Shown here piece after piece: positions 28,513 to 34,865 of a DNA stretch of 64,000 bases. The DNA comes from Candidatus Yanofskybacteria bacterium (GTDB taxonomy: Bacteria; Patescibacteriota; Minisyncoccia; 2-02-FULL-40-12; IGHO2-01-FULL-4-A). The notes beneath the pieces were generated by a model. It was not told the origin of the DNA, ran no database searches, and saw only the letters and a program-made list of their open reading frames with translations. A program made the translations under genes and the position numbers. Location: contig JACPNJ010000001.1 in the NCBI GenBank assembly GCA_016185545.1, forward strand, positions 22,565-86,564, in the 5' to 3' direction. Numbering within the stretch: position 1 is the stretch's first letter; every line of letters starts with the position of its first letter.

Positions 28513-28591
28513 GTTATAGCTTATAGGTGTTAGGTCATAGCTTTGATTCGGAAAGCTATCGACCATCAGCTATCAGTTATTATCAGCTGAT

Positions 28592-29209
28592 TTGTTTTTT
28601 ATCGTTCCGTTTGGAATTTTTGTTATTTCGGTAGCCATTATCTGCTGGATTATCGGCTGTAAGTTTGTTTATCTTAAAAAATTGGCGCCTGAAGTGGTTG
28701 AAAATTCAGTTTCCAATGAAGAGAGTTTTTTTGCTGAATTTTTTCCCGGATTAGCTACGCACTTTAACAGTTCAAGGGTGCGCCAGTTCCGGGTTAATCT
28801 CCTGGCTGAGTTTGAGAAATTTTTGCGCAAATTGCGTCTCTTATCCCTTAAATTAGATGCAGTGACGAACCATCTTATACACCGGGTGCGTAAATCAGTA
28901 GTACATCATGAGGGTATGTTGAATGGCGAGGCGGCGGCGCAAGCGGAGCAGGAGATGGCGATAAATATTAAAAACGGAAACGGCGATGCGGACCCCAAGG
29001 AAGAAGAACAACGGCTGATAATTGAAATTGCCAGAAACCCAAAGAATGTCCAATTATATAAAAAACTTGGTAATATATATATGAAGATAGGGGAGTGGCA
29101 TGATGCGGCGGAATCTTTTAAAAAAGTTTTGGAGCTAGAGCCGGAAGATGAAACAACGCGAAACAAATTAACACGACTCTTAAAAAAATTGGAAAAATTG
29201 CCGACCTAG
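28592..29209 (+). CDS. membrane-anchored TPR-repeat protein (hypothetical)
   Basis: N-terminal TM helix. The C-terminus has a TPR-like motif 'LGNIYMKIGEWHDAAESFKKVLELEP'. Its stop overlaps the first tRNA. Confidence 0.4.
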   Translation: MFFIVPFGIFVISVAIICWIIGCKFVYLKKLAPEVVENSVSNEESFFAEFFPGLATHFNSSRVRQFRVNLLAEFEKFLRKLRLLSLKLDAVTNHLIHRVRKSVVHHEGMLNGEAAAQAEQEMAINIKNGNGDADPKEEEQRLIIEIARNPKNVQLYKKLGNIYMKIGEWHDAAESFKKVLELEPEDETTRNKLTRLLKKLEKLPT

Positions 29210-29272
29210 CTCAATGGCAGAGCAACACTTTTGTAAAGTGAAGGTTCCGAGTTCGAATCTCGGGGTCGGCTC
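29200..29272 (+). tRNA. tRNA-Thr (anticodon TGT)
   Basis: Manual cloverleaf: acceptor GCCGACC/GGTCGGC, D-arm GCTC-AATGGCA-GAGC, anticodon loop TTTGTAA, T-arm CCGAG-TTCGAAT-CTCGG. Confidence 0.7.
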
Positions 29273-29290
29273 ATCAGTCGGCTAAAATAG

Positions 29291-29374
29291 GGGGTGTACT
29301 CAAGCAGTCAACGAGGGCAGACTGTAAATCTGCTGGCCTTGTGCCTACGTAGGTGCAAATCCTACCGCCCCCAC
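29291..29374 (+). tRNA. tRNA-Tyr (anticodon GTA), long variable arm
   Basis: Acceptor GGGGGTG/CGCCCCC, anticodon stem-loop GCAGA-CTGTAAA-TCTGC and a long variable arm. The T-loop TGCAAAT is atypical (G at position 55). Confidence 0.7.
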
Positions 29375-29526
29375 AATTAGAGCAAGCCAATTGATTGGCT
29401 TGCGGGTAGGATTTGCAGGGCGCAGCTATGTTTCGCGAGTATTTGGCGAGCGAAACAGCGAGCAGCGGCCTGCGACCGCGAGGCCGGAAGGCCGAGCGAG
29501 TCGTAGGACAATCCTACCGCCCCCAC
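29375..29526. repeat. GC-rich ~130-bp insert after tRNA-Tyr ending in a direct repeat of the tRNA-Tyr T-arm/acceptor 3' end
   Basis: 29494-29526 'GTAGGACAATCCTACCGCCCCCA' repeats tRNA 3' end 'GTAGGTGCAAATCCTACCGCCCCCA'. The insert starts with a perfect hairpin GCAAGCCAAT-TG-ATTGGCTTGC and an inverted copy GGGTAGGATTTGCA. Local GC is far above the genome background. Confidence 0.4.
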
Positions 29527-29562
29527 CGAATAAAAATTAAAAAATAATTTTTAACTAAATAG

Positions 29563-29637
29563 GCCGAAGTAGCTCAGGGGCAGAGCAATTCCATGGTAAG
29601 GAATAGGCCGTGGGTTCGATTCCCACCTTCGGCTCCA
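29563..29637 (+). tRNA. tRNA-Thr (anticodon GGT)
   Basis: Acceptor GCCGAAG/CTTCGGC, D-arm GCTC-AGGGGCA-GAGC, anticodon stem-loop ATTCC-ATGGTAA-GGAAT, T-arm GTGGG-TTCGATT-CCCAC, CCA encoded. Confidence 0.8.
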
Positions 29638-29655
29638 AAACTAAATAAACGCAAT

Positions 29656-29814
29656 ATGTCACAAGATAATCTAATAAAATTGAAGTGTGGGCAGTGCAAG
29701 CGCGTCAATTATTTTTCTACCAAGAATAAGAAATTAGTCACTCGCGCGATCGAGTTGAAAAAGTTTTGTAAGTGGTGCAGGAAACACACGCCACACAAAG
29801 AAGCCAAAAAATAG
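29656..29814 (+). CDS. rpmG: 50S ribosomal protein L33
   Basis: 'KLKCGQCKRVNYFSTKNKK...LELKKFCKWCRKHTPHKE' is the L33 zinc-ribbon consensus. The ORF-track N-terminal extension overlaps tRNA-Thr and was trimmed to the ATG at 29656. Confidence 0.85.
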   Translation: MSQDNLIKLKCGQCKRVNYFSTKNKKLVTRAIELKKFCKWCRKHTPHKEAKK

Positions 29815-29974
29815 CCACTCGCCATAGTACCCCTTGGGAACTTCAAAAATCCCAGCGAGATTTTTTCATCTTTTGTGATTGCCGCCATTTGTCAAGACAC
29901 TCACTTCGTTCGGTCATTGACAAAACCATGCTGGCGGCAACCCCAGAAGTCCCAAAAGGCACTATGGCTCGCTC
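29815..29974. mobile_element. MITE-like repeat family C (about 160 bp, TIR CCATAGTGCCTTTTGGGACTTC / GAAGTTCCCAAAAGGTACTATGG), inverted copy
   Basis: The reverse complement is about 90% identical to 55418-55579. Located between rpmG and tRNA-Trp. Confidence 0.5.
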
Positions 29975-29997
29975 TTGTTACCAGTAGTAATTAGACT

Positions 29998-30071
29998 GGG
30001 AGTGTCGGTTAATGGCAAACCAACGGTCTCCAAAACCGTGACTGCAGGTTCGACTCCTGCCACTCCCGCCA
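29998..30071 (+). tRNA. tRNA-Trp (anticodon CCA)
   Basis: Acceptor GGGAGTG/CACTCCC, anticodon stem-loop ACGGT-CTCCAAA-ACCGT, T-arm GCAGG-TTCGACT-CCTGC, CCA encoded. Follows rpmG in the conserved rpmG-tRNA-Trp order. Confidence 0.8.
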
Positions 30072-30080
30072 AAACTAAAA

Positions 30081-30104
30081 CTCGGCTTGCGCCGAGTTTT
30101 TGAT
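30081..30104 (+). terminator. rho-independent terminator after tRNA-Trp
   Basis: CTCGGC-TTGC-GCCGAG followed by TTTTT. Confidence 0.45.
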
Positions 30105-30107
30105 TTT

Positions 30108-30146
30108 AGTTGGCTCTTGCCAAAAGTTTTTTTAGTTGCTAGCATG
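30108..30146 (+). promoter_or_regulatory. putative sigma70-type promoter module TTGCCA-N17-TAGCAT, copy 1
   Basis: 31-nt block TTGCCAAAAGTTTTTTTAGTTGCTAGCATGA is nearly identical to 31470-31500, including the spacer. It lies upstream of the 30189 ORF. Confidence 0.35.
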
Positions 30147-30188
30147 AGTGCGGATGTATTTTTACAAATAAGAGAAGAGGAATCGGGT

Positions 30189-30413
30189 ATGACAGAAAAG
30201 TGGGACAGACGTTTTTTGGCGCTTGCTGAATTTGTCGCCCAATGGAGCAAAGATCCATCAACCAAAACCGGGGCCGTTATCGTTGATTCTAATAATAGAC
30301 TAGTATCCGTCGGATATAACGGTTTTCCGCGGGGCGTAAATGATTCGCCGGAGCGGTTAGAAAATCGCGAAATCAAAAACTGTTTTTCAACCTTGCGGGA
30401 GCAGGGTTTTTAA
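30189..30413 (+). pseudogene. dCMP/cytidine deaminase N-terminal fragment (truncated before the HAE / PCxxC zinc motifs)
   Basis: 'WDRRFLALAEFVAQWSKDPSTKTGAVIVDSNNRLVSVGYNGFPRGVND' matches the comEB/dCMP deaminase N-terminus. The ORF stops about 75 aa in, before the catalytic residues. Confidence 0.5.
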
Positions 30414-30460
30414 TTTAGTATGGGGTTGGTAATGTTATTTAAAAATTTAAGGATAAATCC

Positions 30461-31444
30461 ATGCCCGAAGTTAATCTGGAACAAATAAAAAAAATTGCCG
30501 AATTCTTAAAAAACCTACCAGAGAATGGCGGTGGCCTAAACTTTTACAGTTTTCAAAAGGATGGCAAACAAATTGTTGCTTCCGATATGTACCCGCCGCT
30601 TAATCATCCGCAAGCGATTAACTTTTTCTTTTTTACTTGTATGCATCAATACGGGTTTTGGTATGGTGATAAATATGGTTATATTGAACCGCTTTTCGGA
30701 ACGATAAACGGCAAAAAGACCAAAGGCTCAGATTTGTTGTGGAAAGCGGCAATGCGAGCGTTTAATCAAGATGCCGAATGTTTTGAACCGAAAAAACTGG
30801 CTGTTGTTAGCCCGCATGATTTAGCCCGCACAATTTTAACTGATGACAACGGCACTATTCCGTTTCCTGATTTTGAAACTAGATTTCAACTGACGCGGGC
30901 TTACGGACTATGGTTTCAAGAAGCAAGTTCTAGAAATTCCCAAGAGTTAGTTCGGTTCAGCAATTGCAGTAAAAACTCATTACGCAAGTTTCTTGAAATA
31001 ATACGAGAAGTGCCGGGTTATAATAAAGATAAGCTTCAAAAGAAAAACCTGCTTCTTGCCATGGTTTTGGCCAATCGGCCGGAAAAGTTTTTGGAAGTGA
31101 AAGATCCATGGAACTGGCAGCCGATTGTTGATTACCACCTCATGAGATTGGCTTTGCGGCAAGGCCTGGTTGGCCTTGATGATCAGGAAAAGAAACAAAA
31201 CGAAGCAAGAAAATGGACGGATGCGGTGATCGAATCTTCAATTCGTGAAGCGGTTTTTGAGGCTATGGGGATTATTATAAAAGAATCGGGTAAATCCATG
31301 TCTTTTGTGGACGAGAAATTCTGGAATGGCCGACGCTATTGTCCGGAAACGGAAATACCCGATTGCCAAAGATGCTTGTTTAATTCTGTTTGCAAGAAGC
31401 GGATTGAACTTTTCCAGCCGATCTTTAGAACTACGGCGTATTGA
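30461..31444 (+). CDS. Qng1/DUF2419-like protein (candidate queuosine-salvage hydrolase) - tentative
   Basis: About 330 aa. The block 'AINFFFFTCMHQYGFWYG...GSDLLWKAAMRAF' recalls the 'VNWVFLVDLLNFSFWS...GYWALCAAVNRAL' region of Qng1/C9orf64 as I remember it; this is not an alignment. Cys-rich C-terminus. Confidence 0.3.
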   Translation: MPEVNLEQIKKIAEFLKNLPENGGGLNFYSFQKDGKQIVASDMYPPLNHPQAINFFFFTCMHQYGFWYGDKYGYIEPLFGTINGKKTKGSDLLWKAAMRAFNQDAECFEPKKLAVVSPHDLARTILTDDNGTIPFPDFETRFQLTRAYGLWFQEASSRNSQELVRFSNCSKNSLRKFLEIIREVPGYNKDKLQKKNLLLAMVLANRPEKFLEVKDPWNWQPIVDYHLMRLALRQGLVGLDDQEKKQNEARKWTDAVIESSIREAVFEAMGIIIKESGKSMSFVDEKFWNGRRYCPETEIPDCQRCLFNSVCKKRIELFQPIFRTTAY

Positions 31445-31469
31445 TCCCCGACATTGGAGGTTGCGGTGT

Positions 31470-31500
31470 GTTGCCAAAATTTTTTAACTTGCTAGCATGA
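31470..31500 (+). promoter_or_regulatory. putative sigma70-type promoter module TTGCCA-N17-TAGCAT, copy 2
   Basis: TTGCCAAAATTTTTTAACTTGCTAGCATGA, followed by the AAAGGAG RBS and ATG of the 31539 gene. Confidence 0.35.
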
Positions 31501-31538
31501 ATTAAGGTGGTACATTAATAATAGAAAAGGAGCAGCTA

Positions 31539-33032
31539 ATGGCAAAATATGGCGAATGGCCAGATAATTTGGAAACGAGATTAAAAAAACACTGGAAGGA
31601 CGCGAAGAATAATCGTGATGAATTTAAAAAATTAGTCTTGGAAGATAAGGTTTTAATGAAGCAAAAAAGCTGGAATGCTTGCCGGCTGAAAGCAGGATTT
31701 CTCAGTTTTTTTAAAAATGCCAAACCATCACAAAAGAAATACCCATTTTCTCAACTTGAAGAAACCAAAAAACAAGAACTTCTTAAACTTCTTGCCGATG
31801 GCAATGTGGGATGGACAGAAGTTTTTCAGAAATTTCCCGGATTTTCTGAATTACAATTCAAGAATTTTGCCAAAAACCAAAGCACAGGCGTAAATAAAAA
31901 GAAAAAAGAAATTTCTCCGGAAGAATTCAAAAAAAATGTTGGCAAGTATACTGATCGGGCGCTTAAGTTTTTGCGTGAATTCGGACCGGCAAATGCCGAT
32001 AAAATTTCTGACGAAATAGAGATAAGCGCGCAAATGGTTTTTCGCGTAGTTGAGGAACTGGCCCGCCGCGGTTATCAGGTAGTCAAAGATCCCGACGGCA
32101 GATTTCGTCTTTCTACTTCTGAAGCCAAAACGGTCGCGACAGAGCACCACTGGCGTCCGACCACTAGAATTTTAATTTGGAGTGGCGCGGAACTGGGCGG
32201 TATCGGACAACAAGCCGATCTTCTTAAGACTGTCTATCATACTATTGTCCCGGAAGAAAAACCGGATTTTGTAATAGCGCTCGGCAATGTTATAGTTGGC
32301 AATTTGTCAGCGGTCAAGCGAAACGAAACATTTTTAGAATTAGAACAAGAGTACGAAGAAGACTATAAGAAAAAGAAAAAAATTTCCGAGTTGCTTTATC
32401 AAGCTCAAATTGATTATATCTTAAATGTTATCGGTGATGAGGCTATGACTTGTTTGCCCAGCCACAGATGCAATACCTATTTCATCAGCGGTCTAAAAGA
32501 ACAATCGTTTATTAAGCAAGGGTTTGAAGACCCGCTTGAAAATATTTGCGATCAGAGACGAGAATTAAAAGGCGCCAAACATCAAGACTGGTTTTATTTT
32601 GGCAGAAATATGCACATGTTCAGGATTATTAATACCGGTAAGCCAGTCGGGGTGCTCGCACTTACCTCAAAGAAAAATCCTTTTCGCGGTGCTTATACCC
32701 GCGGTTACAGACCACGCAAAACATCAACTTCTATTGCTGGTTGGCTTATTAATACCTTGCGTACCAAGGGAGTCAATGACTACCCGCGGGTAATTATTTG
32801 GACAGACGGTGTTGGCGTTTATACCGCGCTAGGTGATAGCGAAGCGTCTACATTTATAAGCTTACCCAAACTTGCTGTTACCGATCCGACTGAACTTGAA
32901 CTGGATACGCCGCCTAATTTGGGTTGTGTAATCGTTGACCTCACGTTTAATGAACATGGTGAACTCAAGCAGAATGGGATAGAGTGGAAATTCAGAAATT
33001 TAGCGCCCTACATAAACGAGCGAGGGTATTAA
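31539..33032 (+). CDS. hypothetical protein with wHTH-like segment and degenerate metallophosphoesterase-like motifs
   Basis: AAAGGAG RBS. 'ISDEIEISAQMVFRVVEELARRGYQVV' is winged-helix-like. 'ILIWSGAELGG...(25 aa)...DFVIALGNVIVGN' has the spacing of MPE motifs I and II, but the catalytic residues are substituted. Confidence 0.35.
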   Translation: MAKYGEWPDNLETRLKKHWKDAKNNRDEFKKLVLEDKVLMKQKSWNACRLKAGFLSFFKNAKPSQKKYPFSQLEETKKQELLKLLADGNVGWTEVFQKFPGFSELQFKNFAKNQSTGVNKKKKEISPEEFKKNVGKYTDRALKFLREFGPANADKISDEIEISAQMVFRVVEELARRGYQVVKDPDGRFRLSTSEAKTVATEHHWRPTTRILIWSGAELGGIGQQADLLKTVYHTIVPEEKPDFVIALGNVIVGNLSAVKRNETFLELEQEYEEDYKKKKKISELLYQAQIDYILNVIGDEAMTCLPSHRCNTYFISGLKEQSFIKQGFEDPLENICDQRRELKGAKHQDWFYFGRNMHMFRIINTGKPVGVLALTSKKNPFRGAYTRGYRPRKTSTSIAGWLINTLRTKGVNDYPRVIIWTDGVGVYTALGDSEASTFISLPKLAVTDPTELELDTPPNLGCVIVDLTFNEHGELKQNGIEWKFRNLAPYINERGY

Positions 33033-33033
33033 C

Positions 33034-34149
33034 GTGAAAAAAATAAATGGTAATCATGAGCTTGCTTCAAAAATACTGGATACGCTAAATAAGAGATCGG
33101 CAAAGCTTGGTGAACTGGAAAGAGCATTTAATCAAAGTAAAAACGCCATAGTATTAGCTATTGATTTTCTTAAACAAAAGGGCCACAAAATTGTATTTAA
33201 ACCGGTAAGCGGTATGTATTTTTTGGAACATGCCACAAGGACCAAGTTTGAAGCGATTCCAAAAGAAATATTATATTCCGGACCAACCATTAGAAAATTA
33301 GGGATGAGCGAAACCCATTTCGGTGGCCGGCATTCTCAGCCGCATTTTATTGTTGCGCTTTGGGTCGCGATCAAAAGCGGCGAATTCGGTAAAATAGACC
33401 TCATTACGCACTATGGTGATGTTTTTAACGGTTTAAAGCATGCCGACTATAGCCGTGGCGGCAATATTTTGAATGGTGTAGACACACAGATGCGCCTTGG
33501 AATTATTGCAATGTCTTGTTTTGAAGGAATGCCGGTTTATATAAGGCCGGGCGATCATGATATGTGGCAGCATACAACCGCCGGTGTTAATATGGTTGCC
33601 AATCTGGTGGAAAAACTTAACTTGATGAGAAAAGCAGAAAACAAAGAACAGAACTTCAATTATGTAAGTTCAGACAATAACGACCAAATAGAATTCAACA
33701 ATTTCATATTTGAGTTTAAACACATTATGTCGGCGCAGTCCCGAGGGTTAACAACCAAAGCCCAATATATGTTTGAAGATAGAATGGGAGATTTTGTTAA
33801 GTCATTAAGAGGCAATGGCGTGTCAAAAAACACGGCTCAGCCGCATCACATAGGATTTGGTAATTGGCACAGAGAGATTAGTTTTTTTCATGGCGGGACA
33901 GCCATGGATCTTTATCCTGGTTTTCAGGAATCAACTGATTGGGAAAAAAACATGGGCATTGTTCACAAATTTGGCGCCAAAGTAGTAACCCTTGGTAAAG
34001 ATAAAAATGGAAATATTTTCCGATACGATGTTCGCTATATTGACTTTACCGATATAATTGAAAAAATTACCGGCCACGATTTGGATGACGCGCTGCTGAA
34101 TCTTGCCCTCCGAGCATTTAATAAATGGAAGAAAAAGTTGGGGGTATAA
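33034..34149 (+). CDS. hypothetical wHTH + calcineurin-like metallophosphoesterase-like protein
   Basis: 1-nt spacing from the upstream ORF. The N-terminus is wHTH-like. Candidate MPE motifs: 'ETHFGG' (I), 'HYGDVFNG' (II), 'PGDHDMW' (III), 'GNWHRE', 'FHGG'. Confidence 0.35.
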   Translation: MKKINGNHELASKILDTLNKRSAKLGELERAFNQSKNAIVLAIDFLKQKGHKIVFKPVSGMYFLEHATRTKFEAIPKEILYSGPTIRKLGMSETHFGGRHSQPHFIVALWVAIKSGEFGKIDLITHYGDVFNGLKHADYSRGGNILNGVDTQMRLGIIAMSCFEGMPVYIRPGDHDMWQHTTAGVNMVANLVEKLNLMRKAENKEQNFNYVSSDNNDQIEFNNFIFEFKHIMSAQSRGLTTKAQYMFEDRMGDFVKSLRGNGVSKNTAQPHHIGFGNWHREISFFHGGTAMDLYPGFQESTDWEKNMGIVHKFGAKVVTLGKDKNGNIFRYDVRYIDFTDIIEKITGHDLDDALLNLALRAFNKWKKKLGV

Positions 34150-34219
34150 ATAATTATTTTAAAAACAAAAGCCGAGATTAACTCGGTTTTTTATATTATT
34201 TCAAAAAAATAGAATAAAA

Positions 34220-34471
34220 TTATAATACTTCGATTTTAAGTTTGCGAGGTTCGTTTGGCGGGATTTTTTTAACGGTAGAACGAAGATCAGCCCGGTTAGT
34301 TTCAATTCCTTTCATTAGAAATTCAACATCTTCAATTTTGTAAACGCGGTAGTTATTCACGGGGTTGCGGTGGGCAACAAGAGCGCCTTTTTTGTCCCAG
34401 TTACGGACCGTCAAAGGCGTTACGCCGAATATTTTAGCAACCTCATTTACGGTTAGATATTTTTTAGGCAC
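34220..34471 (-). CDS. excisionase/MerR-type helix-turn-helix DNA-binding protein
   Basis: 'LTVNEVAKIFGVTPLTVRNWDKKG' is a classic HTH_17 / Xis-family motif. Confidence 0.6.
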   Translation of the reverse strand: MPKKYLTVNEVAKIFGVTPLTVRNWDKKGALVAHRNPVNNYRVYKIEDVEFLMKGIETNRADLRSTVKKIPPNEPRKLKIEVL

Positions 34472-34865
34472 GATTTAGTTGTCAGTTATCAGCAAAAATT
34501 TAGCTGCAAACTGCAAACTTAGATTTCTTTATTAACCTCCCTCACCATATTAAAGCTTATTGAACTTTAATATTAACACCATATCTTTTACTAAAAAATC
34601 AATCAATGTGGATAACTTGCTTGTGTAATCGGCAGTCGCAAGCCGCCAATCGTTAATAACGCGGAGCCCCGACCTTGTCGGGGCTCCGCAGAACGTGCCC
34701 GCATTCCAAAAATTCGGAAAGCGGACTCTCATATCATATTGCACCCAGAACTAAAACCAAAAATAATGCGAATACTATAAAATATGTCAACTTGACTATA
34801 AAATTGTATTTACTAAAATTTTATCTAGCTTTGATAGCTTTGTGGGGTTGACCGTTGGGTAAATT

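Noticed and set aside
29593-29655. N-terminal extension of the L33 ORF (MVRNRPWVRFPPSAP...)
   Set aside because: It is the translation of tRNA-Thr(GGT); the true rpmG start is the ATG at 29656.
29200-34500. Intact integrated prophage/ICE at the tRNA cluster
   Set aside because: No integrase, recombinase or phage structural genes. Only an excisionase-type HTH gene and short tRNA 3'-end repeats.
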